NCBI GenBank assembly: GCA_038087875.1
Contig: CM075992.1
Location: 8,806,001 to 8,870,000, forward strand
DNA length: 64,000 nt
Reading direction: 5' to 3'
Source of the DNA: Malacoraja senta
Taxonomy: Eukaryota
In this document: in pieces, positions 1 through 10,974 of the stretch
How the letters are laid out: every line of letters starts with the position of its first letter
Numbering within the stretch: position 1 is the first letter of the stretch
The notes under the pieces: generated by a model
What the model saw: only the letters and a program-made list of their open reading frames with translations
What the model was told of the DNA's origin: nothing
Database searches by the model: none
Translations under genes and position numbers: made by a program

Positions 1-869
1 CAGTCTCTTAGAGGGCAGTTATAATCTGCCTCCACCACCCCTGGCAATGTGTTCCATGCACCCACCACCCACTGTGTACAAAGCTTGTCCCACACGCCTC
101 CTAGCTAGCCTAGACCTGATGGGCCAAATGTCCTCATTTGCACAGATGTTTACATTCCAGGTGTTCCTGATCCTGTGTAAATAAAACATTAGTGGACCCA
201 CTTTTTAATTCTGGACCAGTTTCCAAATTGGATGGCGGGAGGGGGCAATGATTTTTTTCTACCAAACACTGGAAAAAAGATTTTTTAAACTTCTGGCGTT
301 TTTTTTCTACCAAAAACTGGTAGAAAGCAATTGTCAGCAACTTGACCTCCAGCCTCGTTTCACCTCTTTGGGAAGGCTACAGAAACGGGAAATAAACTGT
401 TACATTGTGCATTCACTGCTGGCCTGGTGCGCTGGGCTTCTGCACGGGTGAAGCAGATTGCAATGGACTTTGAAACAGTCTGTCCGTGTGTGTGTGTGAC
501 CATGCTCGACAGAAGCCACCACCAACACTATCGGTCTCTGAACCGTGTGGGGAGGAACTGCAGGTGCTGGTTTACACTGGAGATAGTCACAAAATGCTGG
601 AGTAACTCAGCGGGACAGGCTACATCTTTGGACCGTGTTCGGAGAGGGACGATGCGGGCGTCCAAGCGCAAACCAACAGAGTGGGGCGAAGAAATGTTTC
701 ATATCAACTCATCCGCCTCAGGTGGCTTTTATTTGGAGTGAATGCAGCCCTGATCCAACATCTGTCCACCTTGTCTTTCTCTATGTGGGTTGTCGTTTGA
801 CGCTGAGCTATTAAAGGCAGCCGTGGACTTATCTTTGTGCAAAACAAGATGACATCTCTCGTTGTAGGA

Positions 870-1110
870 TGGCGGGCGCAGCGGTAGAGTTGCTGCCTGA
901 CAGCGCCAGAGACCAGGGTTCCATCCTGACTACGGGCGCTGTCTGTACGGAGTTTGTACCTTCTCCCCGTGACCCGCGTGGGTTTTCTCCGGGTGCTCCA
1001 GTTTCCTCCCACACTCCAAAAGATGTGGGTTTGTAGTTCAATTGGCTTCGGTAAAGTTGTAAATTGTAGGATATTGTCAGTGGGCCTGTTTCCCCGCTGT
1101 ATCTCTGAAG
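870..1110 (+). mobile_element. tRNA-derived V-SINE (HE1-like), partly deleted
   Basis: A-box-like GGCGCAGCGG, B-box-like GGTTCCATCC, V-domain CTTCTCCCCGTG...TTTCCTCCCACACTCCAAA, and CR1-type tail GGGCCTGTTTCC.CGCTGTAT. Confidence 0.8.
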
Positions 1111-1156
1111 TCAAAAAAAGTCTCTCAACCCGATTAGCAAATAGAGCCAACTTGAT

Positions 1157-1265
1157 GGCCTGTCCCACTTGTGCGTTATTTACGCGACATAATTTACGCG
1201 TCGTGACGTGCACAAGATGCGCGCCTCCTGCGTGACCCGCAAATGACGCCCAAGTGGGACAGGCC
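1157..1265. mobile_element. Short MITE with GGCCTGTCCCACTT terminal inverted repeats (PIF/Harbinger-like)
   Basis: GGCCTGTCCCACTTG...CAAGTGGGACAGGCC. Related ends occur at ~36304, ~36754, ~38970-39152 and ~62355-62372 (TAAAGGGCCTGTCCCAC / GTGGGACAGGCCCTTTA). Confidence 0.7.
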
Positions 1266-1484
1266 TATAAGTGTGAAAGAGTGCATATATCCGCAGTCGT
1301 TTCACGGAGATTCAGTCTGTGAGAGTCTACAATATCAATCCCAGATGGAGTCTGTGATTTGGAGTATATTTCACTGCTACATTCTCGCAGCCTCGTTTAG
1401 TCTTTGGTGAATGCTGATGTCCAGAATCGGCAGTTAAGAGCGATGAACTCGGGCTGATGTGAGCTGCGCGGCAGAGTCACACGA

Positions 1485-1751
1485 CCCACACACACACACA
1501 CAATATGCACACACACATACATACACACACACACACACAATGCACATACACACACACACACACACACGATGCACACAGATACACACACACACACACATAC
1601 GATGCACAGATACACACATACACACACACGATGCGCGCACACACACACACACACACACATGATGCACACATACACACATACACACACACACACATGATAC
1701 ACACACACACGATGCACACAGACACATGATGCACACACACACACACACACC
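1485..1751. repeat. Interrupted (CA)n microsatellite
   Basis: CA runs punctuated by GATG/ATA; directly visible. Confidence 0.95.
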
Positions 1752-2144
1752 GAGAGGGTGAGACAAGTCCTTGCCACAGATTGGCAGCAGCGAGGTGAGC
1801 AATGGGCGAGAGCTTCTGCCCTTCCACTGAGATCTCACAGTGGGTGGGCGCAGGGCTGTGTTCCTTCTGTCTCTCCCTCTCCCCTCACTCTCAATCTGAA
1901 GAAGGGTCTTGACCTGAGACGTCACCTATTCCAGAGACGCCGCCTGTCCCGCTGAGTTACTTTTGTGTCTATTTTCGGTTTAAACCAGCATCTGCAGTTC
2001 CTTCTTACACATCATGCCCTTCGGTATTCCACATGCACGTCCCTAGTGTGTGTGGGATAGTGTTAGTGTGCGGGGATCGCTGGTCGGTGTGGACTCGGTG
2101 GGCCGAATGGCCTGTTTCCGCGCTGTATCTCTAAACTAAACACG

Positions 2145-2885
2145 AAGATGGACACAAAATGCTGGAGTGTCTCAGCAGGACAGGCAGCATCTCTGGAGAG
2201 AAGGAATGGGTGACGTTTCGGATCGAGCCCCTTCGGAAACTGCAGATGCTGGAGTCTTGCAGAGAAACACACAAAGTGCTGGAGTAACTCGGGTGGGTGG
2301 TGGGGGGGGGGCAGGCAGTGTCTCTGGGGGACATCGATAGGCGACCTTCTGTAGACACGGGGAGATATTGGAGTTGACCAGGGTGGACCCCAGAGGGCGG
2401 TGGAGGCAGGTTCTCTGGATGCTTTCAAGAGAGAGCTGGATAGGGCTCTTAAAAATAGCGGAGTCAGGGGATATGGGGAGAAGGCAGGAACGGGGTACTG
2501 ATTGGGGATGATCAGCCATGATCACATTGAGGTGCTGGCTCGAATGGCCTACTCCTGCACCTATTGTCTATTGGAGAGAAGGAATGGGTGACGTTTCGGG
2601 TCGAGACCCTTCTTCGGAAACTGCAGGTGCTGGAATCTTGCAGAGAAACACACAACGTGCTGGAGTAACTCAGGGGGGCCAGGCAGTGTCTCTGGGGGAC
2701 ATCGACAGGCGACCTTCTGTAGACACGGGGATGGAGTTTTTAAGAAGGAACTGCAGATGCTGGAAAATTGAAGGTAGACAAAAATGCTGGAGAAACTCAG
2801 CGGGTGCAGCAGCATCTGTGGAGCGAAAGAAATTGGCAACGTTTCGGGCCGAAACCCTTCTTCAAACTGAAGTCTTCTTCAGACT
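2145..2885. mobile_element. Cluster of Penelope-derived terminal fragments with a CR1 3' end (2390-2570)
   Basis: Repeated AATGCTGGAG(T/A)AACTCAGCGGG..GCAGCATC..GTTTCGGG motif, the same sequence that follows the GIY-YIG ORF at 41750-42240. CR1 tail ends CTATTGTCTATTG. Confidence 0.75.
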
Positions 2886-3014
2886 CCGAGATATTGGAGT
2901 TGACCAGGGTGGACCGTGAGGCGGAGCGCCTGGTGGTGACCACTGGTCTATTTGCTCGGTTCTCCCGCACAGAGGGGCAGGCGGTTCGGGCACCCGGGGA
3001 GGGTGGGCCAGGCT

Positions 3015-3888
3015 TCAGTGGTCGCCCTCCACCCCGTTGAGCGGCAGCGTCTCTGGGATGAGCAGGACGCTCCTCTTGTCCTGGGCTCCGTCCCCGCGTA
3101 AGGAGCGGGTGGCCACCCCGGGCCAGTCCGCCTTCTCCCCCGCCTCCTCCACCGCGGGCGACAGGGACAGGACCGGGTGGTGGAGGGTGCGGGCGCCCCG
3201 GTAGGTGTGAGCGCCCTCGGGCGAGGAGGAGATGTTGGCGAGGACGGCGGCTGGGGAGAGCCGAGGGGGGCACTCGCTGGCCGGCTGCTGGCATGTTCTC
3301 TGCAGCGACCCACACCCCGGGATAGACTGGCAACTGGAGGCCAAGATCTCCTGGGAACCCAACCTCCCAGCATCAGAACTGTAGGAGATCAGGTCCCTTC
3401 CAACCTCAGAGATATTGATGGTCGACAAGGGAGAGGCGTTGAGGACTATCTCTTCCTCCAGTAAGCTGCGAGGAGTCGCCTCTACCTCTCCCTCTCCCTC
3501 TCCGCTCCCCAGGTCCAATCTGAGGGTCTCTGACCCCTCTCCCCCTCGGCCCAAGTTCTCCACCGTCTCCGTGCATCGTGGCCTGGGGTCCTCGGACAGA
3601 AAGTGTATCTGTGTGAGCGGCTTGTGCTCGCTGTAAGGGCCGCAGGAACACACGGTGGACTGGGTGTCCTGGCACAGGCAGCTGTACATGGAGGCATCCG
3701 ACGACACGCTGGTGCGGCGCTTGAGGAGGTGGAAGGGCCGGGCCGGCCGCTGGACGTTGCTGGCCGGAGAGGGCGAGGGGGCGGCGGGCAGCAAGCGGCT
3801 GAGCAGTCGGACGTGCTGAGAATTCCCCTCCTCAGTCATCTCCTCGATCTCCTCCATCGGCTGGAACTGCATGTCGTCTTTGGAGATT
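3015..3888 (-). CDS. BEST2: Bestrophin-2-like terminal exon (long low-complexity cytoplasmic tail, stop at 3015-3017)
   Basis: ctctag| acceptor at 3889-3890. The phase-2 join gives (T)ISKDDMQFQ, matching BEST2 LAKEDMQFQ. Open frame continues about 290 codons to ...LNGVEGDH*. Confidence 0.85.
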
Positions 3889-3967
3889 CTAGAGCAGAGG
3901 GAATGCGGTTAAGGCGGGCTACACTTCATAGTTTAGTTCAGAGATACAGCACGCAAACAGTTTAAAA

Positions 3968-4254
3968 CCCCTGTCCCACGGTACGAGTTCATTCCAAGAA
4001 TTCTCCCGAGTTTGCCCTGATTCGAACTCGGAGATTTACGGTAATGGCCACTCGTCGGTACTCGGGGCTCTCGTGGACATTTTTCATCATGCTGAAAAAT
4101 CTTCACGAGTCTTCCCGAGTACCTGCCGTTAGCGCTAAGAGACGTCCCCGAGCTCCGACGTACCTGCTACGTTCATTCTCCGCGCTTACCACGAGTTTGA
4201 TTTTTTAAAAACTCGGGAGAGCTCTTGGAATGAACTCGCACCGTGGGACAGGGG
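3968..4254. mobile_element. MITE with ~46-bp terminal inverted repeats (PIF/Harbinger-like)
   Basis: CCCCTGTCCCACGGTACGAGTTCATTCCAAGAATTCTCCCGAGTTT ... AAACTCGGGAGAGCTCTTGGAATGAACTCGCACCGTGGGACAGGGG. Confidence 0.85.
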
Positions 4255-4340
4255 AAGGAGACCCGAAACGTCGCCCATTCCTTCTCTCCTGAGATGCTGC
4301 CTGCCCCGCTGAGTTACTCCAGCCTCCTGTGTCAAGACCT

Positions 4341-4545
4341 GGGGCGGCACAGTGGCGCAGCGGTAGAGTTGCTGCCTCACAGCGCCGGAGTCCCGGGTTC
4401 GATCCCGACTACGGGCGTGGTCTGTGCGGAGTTTGTACCGATCTCCCCGTGACCGCGCGGGTTTTCTCCGGGTGCTCCGGTTTCCCCCCCACATCCCAAA
4501 GACTCACAGGTTTGTAGGTTAATTAGGTTCTGTAAATTGCCCTGT
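4341..4545 (+). mobile_element. V-SINE (HE1-like)
   Basis: GGGCGGCACAGTGGCGCAGCGG A box, GGTTCGATCC B box, V-domain. Confidence 0.85.
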
Positions 4546-5598
4546 AAGGTGATGGGGATGTGGGGGGATATAGGACTTGTGCAGGAATAGTGTAGTGTAG
4601 GTTGGTTGTGGGCACAGACTTGACCTGTTTCTGTGCCATCTCTCCCCTCTCTCTCTGTCACGGTCTAATTCCAACCGTGCTCACCATAAAACCAGCTCAG
4701 CTAAATATATATTAAAGTGTTGCAGATGCTGGAAATCTGCAATGAACCATTGGAAATGCACAAAGGTCTTGCAGCGTCCATAGAGGGAGAAGCGGAGTCC
4801 ATGGTTACTCTCCCTCCACGGATGCTGCCCGGCCTGCCGAGGTTTCCACCGCAGAAGATCAGACAGAAGATGTATTGGAAGTCACAGCTTCAGTCAGGGT
4901 TACAATGGACCAGGTTAGGACAGGGTTAAACGCTGGGTTATCTACCTGTCTGTGGTAGACAAAAATGCTGGAGAAACTCAGCGGGTGAGGCAGCATCAAT
5001 GGACCTATTTCCTTCCCTCCATAGATGCTGCCTCACCCGCTGAGTTTCTCCAGCATTTTTGCCTACCTTCGATTTTTCCAGCATCTGCAGTTCCTTCCTA
5101 AACATCTCTGTCTGTGGTCATATGTTGCATGTCCTGGTCTTTCCTTGTTTCCAGTTCCCCTTCCCACCCCCCCCCCCCCCCACCCCCACACACAATCAGT
5201 CTGAAGGGTCCAGACCCAAATCGTCACCTATCCATGTTCTCCAGAGATGCTGCCTGACCCGCTGAGTTACTCCAGCACTCTGGGTCTGTCACAGAGTTGC
5301 ATTACAGAGTTAGATAGAGCTCTAGGGGCTAGTGGAATCAAGGGATATGGGGAGAAGGCAGGCACCGGTTATTGATTGGGGACGATCAGCCATGATCACA
5401 ATGAATGGCGGTGCTGGCTCGAAGGGCCGAATGGCCTCCTCCTGCACCTATGTTTCTATGTTTCTATTCCTGGACAGGTTGACATGGGTTCAGCACTGGG
5501 TCACAGTTACAACGTAGGGCAGGACAAGTCGAAGATAGACACAAAACGCTGGAGTAACTCAGCAGGACAGGCAGCATCTGTGGAGAGAAGGAATGGGT

Positions 5599-5626
5599 GA
5601 CGTTTCGGGTCGAGACCCTTCTTCAG
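5599..5626 (-). ncRNA. Minimal hammerhead-ribozyme-like motif in a Penelope-derived fragment (representative intact copy)
   Basis: Minus strand reads CTGAAGA-A-GGGT-CTCG-ACCC-GAAA-CG-TC. Activity untested. Confidence 0.6.
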
Positions 5627-5886
5627 ACTGAGAGTCGGGGGGAGTGGGAGACATGGAGATATTGAAGGGTAAGGTGTGAAAACACAGATCAAAGGGGACA
5701 GTGTTCAAGGCAATGTGGACTGGTTCAGGGTTACAAGGTTGGACGGGGTCAACACTGGGTTAGGGTTACAATGGACAAGTTAGTAAGGGCGGGTTGTAGC
5801 CTGGGTCGGGGTGACAATGTTGGATTGGTTCTACACAGGGTTCAGGGTTAAACCGAGCCTCACGCTACCGCATCCCGCAGACTCAC

Positions 5887-6041
5887 GTCATGTCGAAAGT
5901 GGATCCCTGGAAGGACGGCTTCTGCAAGACAAACACAGTGGCGGCAGTGTAGGGTGGCCGGGGGTTGGACTCGTCCCAGTAGCGGTCCTTCTCCATCAGG
6001 GGCAGGTCCTGATACATGTCATCCACCGCCATCATTGACAC
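5887..6041 (-). CDS. BEST2: Bestrophin-2-like exon (155 nt)
   Basis: VSMMAVDDMYQDLPLMEKDRYWDESNPRPPYTAATVFVLQKPSFQGSTFDM(T). YTAATVF..PSFQGSTFD is characteristic of BEST2 among the paralogues. Confidence 0.95.
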
Positions 6042-6264
6042 CTGAATGCAACAGTCACAGCTACAGTCAATGCAGCCCTGCAAGAGAGGGACACAGCAAC
6101 TGAGCCTAGCAGTGGGGGGGAGGGGGGAGGGGGGAGAGACAGGCAACAAAGAATCTCACCGCCCACCCAAACCCCCCCCCCTCCCACCGCCCCCCACCCC
6201 CACCCCCCCCCCACACACACACACACACACTCCCGCCCTGACGTGAATCTGTGTTATGAGTCTA

Positions 6265-6562
6265 GCATGGTGGCGCAGCGGTAGAGTTGCTGCCTCACAG
6301 CGCCAGAGACCCGGTTCGATCCTGACCACGGGTGCTGTCTATACCGAGTTTGTACGTTCTCCCCGTGACCTGCGTGGGTTTTCTCCGGGTGCTCCGGTTC
6401 CCCCCCCCACACTCCAAAGACGTGCAGGTTTGTAGGTTTATTGGCTTTGGTATAAATGTGAATTATCCCTAGTGTGTGTGTGGGATAGTGTTAGTGTGCG
6501 GGGATCGCTGGTCGGTGCGGGCTTGATGGGCCAAAGGGCCTGTCTCCACGCTGTTTCTCTAA
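6265..6562 (+). mobile_element. V-SINE (HE1-like), near full length
   Basis: A/B boxes, V-domain, tail GGGCCAAAGGGCCTGTCTCCACGCTG. Confidence 0.85.
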
Positions 6563-6796
6563 AGGTGCCGAACGGTCACTCCTCGGCAGCTGGCCAGGCC
6601 GCTCGTCACACACGGGACAAGGCTCTGGGGGCTAGGATCGACAAGAAGTCACCTCTAACAACCCCAGCCGTCTGAGCCTGGACTCATACACCCAGCAGAG
6701 GGAGAGGTGGAATTACTGTCTCACAGCCCCCAGAGACCCAGTTAGATCCTGATTATGGGTGCTGTCTGTATGCAGTTAGCACATTCTCCCTGTGAC

Positions 6797-7210
6797 ATAG
6801 AAACATAGAAACATAGAAACATAGGTGCAGGAGTAGGCCATTTGGCCCTTCGAGCCTGAACCGCCATTCAATATGATCATGGCTGATCATCCAACTCAGT
6901 ATCCTGTACATGCCTTCTCTCCATACCCCCTGATCCCTTTAGCCACAAGGGCCACATCTAACTCCCTCTTAAATATAGCCAATGAACTGGCCTCAACTAC
7001 CTTCTGTGGCAGAGAATTCCACAGATTCACCACTCTCTGTGTGAATTTTTTTTTTCTCATCTCAGTCCTAAAAGACTTCCCCCTTATCCTTAAACTGTGA
7101 CCCCTTGTTCTGGACTTCCCCAACATCGGGAACAATCTTGCTGCATCTAGCCTGTCCAAACCCTTAAGAATTTTGTAAGTTTCTATAAGATCCCCCCTCA
7201 ATCTTCTAAA
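6797..7210 (-). mobile_element. CR1/HER1-type LINE 3' fragment
   Basis: RRLRGDLIETYKILKGLD...FTQRVVNLWNSLP...GYGEKACTGY* followed by a (TTTCTATG)n tail. Confidence 0.9.
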
Positions 7211-7654
7211 CCGCGTGGATGTCCTCCGGGTGGATTTCCTCCGGGTGCTCCGGTTTCCTCCCATATCCCAAAGAGGTACAAGTTTGTAGGTTAATTGGCT
7301 TCTGAATGCTGTAAATTGTCCCTAGTGAACTAGTGGACAGGGGTTGCAGGTGGGCACGGACTCGGTGGGCCGAAGGGCCCGATTCCACTCTGTGTCTATA
7401 AACTAAACAGTTTACTGTTATTGGCAGTTCATGGAGGCTGTGTCCCAATTCTAGATGCCGGGGTTTTACAGATCCACTAAGGACAGAAGTGCAATGACAT
7501 TTCACAGCACGGGTGTGCTGCACGGCACTTCTGCTCATCTTCTGAGCACCAAACGCAACGCCCAGACAACTGGAATGCCCAATATCTTGTGGTGCCTCTG
7601 CAGAAGTGAAGGCACCATCCACACTGAAGGTTCTTTGCCAGCTACGATCAATAC

Positions 7655-7735
7655 CTGAAAGTTCCTATCGATCAAACGGTTTGTTTCAAAATCATCATCG
7701 TCTTCTCCAAAGGGATTTATTAGTTGTTCGGCCAC
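7655..7735 (-). CDS. BEST2: Bestrophin-2-like exon (81 nt) with acidic Ca2+-clasp EDDDDFE
   Basis: [27 protein letters not shown]; canonical splice sites. Confidence 0.96.
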
Positions 7736-7903
7736 CTGTAATCAAAGGCATCCCCGTCACACAGATGTAGACACAAGTCTGAAGAAGGGTCTCGACCCGA
7801 AACGTCTCCCATTCCTTCTCTCCGGGCATGGGCGGAAATCGCTTTTAAAACATGGGAGGGGGATGGGAGGGGGGGGGGACACAATGAGTCCTGACATCTA
7901 GGA

Positions 7904-7998
7904 CAGGAGTCGTCAACCTGCGGCCCGCGGGCCGGATCCGGCCCCTAACCCGAAATCATCCGGCCCGCAGGCGTATTTTTTCTCCAATTCGTTTTCGC
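7904..7998 (+). mobile_element. hAT (Charlie/MER30-like) terminal fragment
   Basis: CAGGAGTCGTCAACCTGCGGCCCGCGGGCCGGATCCGGCCC resembles hAT-family termini. No partner end seen. Confidence 0.5.
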
Positions 7999-8508
7999 GA
8001 CCTGGGAACTGCAGCCAGACCTGGGCACAACAGCCAGACCTGGGAACTGCAGCCAGACCTGGGAACTGCAGCCAGACCTGGGCGCAACAGCCAGACCTGG
8101 GAACTGCAGCCAGACCTGGGCGCAACAGCCAGACCTGGGAACTGCAGCCAGACCTGGGAACTGCAGCCAGACCTGGGCGCAACAGCCAGACCTGGGCGCA
8201 ACAGCCAGACCTGGGAACTGCAGCCAGACCTGGGAACTGCAGCCAGACCTGGGAACTGCAGCCAGACCTGGGAACTGCAGCCAGACCTGGGCGCAACAGC
8301 CAGACCTGGGAACTGCAGCCAGACCTGGGCGCAACAGCCAGACCTGGGAACTGCAGCCAGACCTGGGAACTGCAGCCAGACCTGGGAACTGCAGCCAGAC
8401 CTGGGAACTGCAGCCAGACCTGGGAACTGCAGCCAGACCTGGGCGCAACAGCCAGACCTGGGAACTGCAGCCAGACCTGGGAACTGCAGCCAGACCTGGG
8501 AACTGCAG
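7999..8508. repeat. 19-bp minisatellite, 27 units, two interspersed variants
   Basis: GACCTGGG(AACTG|CGCAA)CAGCCA. Confidence 0.97.
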
Positions 8509-9844
8509 GTCCTTTGGCCCACTGTGTCCGTGCCGACCAGCAATCACCGTGTACACTAGCACCATCCGACACACTAGGGGCAATTTACAATTTAACCTAC
8601 AAACCTGCGCGTCTTTGAAGCGAGCCGACCTGGGACTGGCCGTAGCGCCCAGGTCACAGAACATGGGGGGGGTGGTCCCCCGCCTCTCAAAACAGGGGGG
8701 GGCAGGCACCCCCCAACCCCAAGGATTTCCGCCTAGAGACGCTGGGAGCCCCCATCTCCCCCGGCAGAGATTTCCATCCAGAGATGCTGCCTGACCCGCT
8801 GAGTTACTCCAGCATTTTGTGTCCATCTTCAGTGTCAACCAGCATCTACAGTTCCTTCCTACACTACTATCAATTACAGCCACCCATCACTTGCCAGGCT
8901 TTGTCCTGCCCCCCCACCACTATTCCAGCTTTCTCCCCCACCCCCCGCTACAATCAGTCTGAGGAAGGGTCCCGAACCAAAACATCACCGATCCATGTTC
9001 TCCAGAGATGCTGCCTGCTGAGTTACTCCAGCATTTTGTGCCTATCTCCATTGTGAAGGGACATGTTGAAGGGGAACCTCACTCTGAATGGGTGCGGATA
9101 TCCGCATGTATAGAGAGAGAACGCACGGCAGCGTTAACGAACCCTGATCCATAATTAGACCTAAATGTGACATAATTGGCATCTTCCATAAGCTAGGGTA
9201 CTGTCCGATTCACCTCTACCCCATTGCGGACATTGGACTTTGTCTGTGCAACTGATGTGCTACAATGCTGAGAACTATATTCTGCACTCTATCTTCCCCT
9301 TTGCTCTACCTGTTGTACTGGGACTGATCACACCTCCAGATTCAGAGACAGTTTCTTCCCAGCTGTTATCAGGCAGCTGAATCATCCTACCACAACCAGA
9401 GAGCAGTGCTGAACTACTATCTACCTCATTGGAGATCCTCGGACTATCTTTGATCGGACTTTACTGGGCTTTACCTAGCACGTTATTCATGTTATTCCCT
9501 TTATCATGTATCTGTACACTGTGGACGGCACGATTGTAATCATGTATTGTCTTGCCGCTGACTGGATAGCACACAACTAAAAGAGCTTTTCACTGGACGA
9601 TACGATACGATAGAACGTTATTTATCCCAGGAGGGAAATTGATCTGCCAACAGTCATCAAACACAAGATACATGAAACATGAAATTAAAGTGACGAGTGG
9701 GACGTCCAGGATTGGGGATGTGTGAAGATTGGGGAGGGAGAGGGAGGGGGGGGGGGAGAGTCAGTCTACCCCACGACAGAAGGGGGAGGAGTTATACAAT
9801 GTACCATGGCACATGTGACAATAATAAATTGAACTAAACTAGTT

Positions 9845-10650
9845 GGACACTGGGTTACCAGGACACTGGACAACTGGACACTGGGCAACTGGACACTGGG
9901 CTACCAGGACACTGGGTTACCATGACACTGGGCAACTGGACACTGGGCTACCAGGACACTGGGCTGCCAGGACACTGGGCAACTGGACACTGGGCTGCCA
10001 GGACACTGGGCAACTGGACACTGGGCTGCCAGGACACTGGACAACTGGACACTGGGCTGCCAGGACACTGGGCAACTGGACACTGGGCAACTGGACACTG
10101 GGCTGCCAGGACACTGGGCAACTGGACACTGGGCTGCCAGGACACTGGGCAACTGGACACTGGGCTGCCAGGACACTGGGCAACTGGACACTGGGCTGCC
10201 AGGACACTGGGCAACTGGACACTGGGCTGCCAGGACACTGGACAACTGGACAACTGGGCTACCAGGACACTGGGCAACTGGACACTGGGTTGCCAGGACA
10301 CTGGGCAACTGGACACTGGGCTGCCAGGACACTGGACAACTGGGCACTGGGCTACCAGGACACTGGACACTGGGCTACCAGGACACTGGACACTGGACAA
10401 CTGGACACTGGGCTACCAGGACACTAGGCACTGGACACTGGACACTGGACACTGAGCTACCAGGACACTGGACACTAGTCTACCAGGACACTGGACACTG
10501 GGCTACCAGGACACTGGACACTGGACACTAGTCTACCAGGACACTGGACACTGGGCTACCAGGACACTGGACAACTAGACACTGGGCTACCAGGACACTG
10601 GACCACTGCACAACTGGACACTGGGCTACCAGGCCACTGGGCTACCAGGC
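9845..10650. repeat. Modular minisatellite (core 31-bp unit GGACACT-GGGCAACT-GGACACT-GGGCTGCCA)
   Basis: Directly visible; produces the periodic TLGNWTLGCQD ORFs. Confidence 0.95.
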
Positions 10651-10678
10651 CACATGGGGTTTCAGAGGGGGCACTCAC

Positions 10679-10831
10679 CTTGAGCCAGCCGGCGTAGAAG
10701 AAGAACTGTAGCAGGGTGAAGACGGGGATGTACAGGTCGATGTCGTGGCCAGCGTAGCCTTGGGCAGGGTCGAGGAACTGGCGGCCGATCAGACAGGTGA
10801 GGAAGAAGCTGTAGACGGCGATGGTCACCAC
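10679..10831 (-). CDS. BEST2: Bestrophin-2-like exon (153 nt, TM3-TM4)
   Basis: [51 protein letters not shown]; |gtgagt donor. Confidence 0.96.
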
Positions 10832-10974
10832 CTGCCAAGACCGGGGATGGGGTTAACTGCGAAAGCGGCGTCTGAGGAGTCCTTGTAGTATAGTTTAGAG
10901 ATACAGCGTGGAAACAAGCCCTTCGGCCCACCGAGTCCGCGCCGACCAGCGATCACTCGTTACATACATAGATT

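Noticed and set aside
180..185. Plus-strand AATAAA as the end of a convergent neighbouring gene
   Set aside because: A single hexamer with no exon evidence in the window.
2797..3965. Overlapping alternative-frame and antisense ORFs over the last BEST2 exon
   Set aside because: Expected in GC-rich coding sequence; no recognisable homology.
4341..4420. tRNA gene calls at A/B-box sequences (this and similar sites)
   Set aside because: They are SINE heads continuing into the V-domain; no complete cloverleaf or terminator.
5720..5850. Telomere-like GGGTTA motifs (also ~4895-4940)
   Set aside because: Scattered, degenerate GGGTTA(C/G)A words, not a (TTAGGG)n array.
7913..8883. Regular 19-bp array as a CRISPR or repeat protein
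   Set aside because: The units are contiguous with only two 5-nt variants and no unique spacers. There are no cas genes and the context is a eukaryotic intron.
9843..10455. Periodic Trp/Gly/Thr or Cys/Pro ORFs
   Set aside because: Minisatellite translation open in several frames; no splice or homology support.
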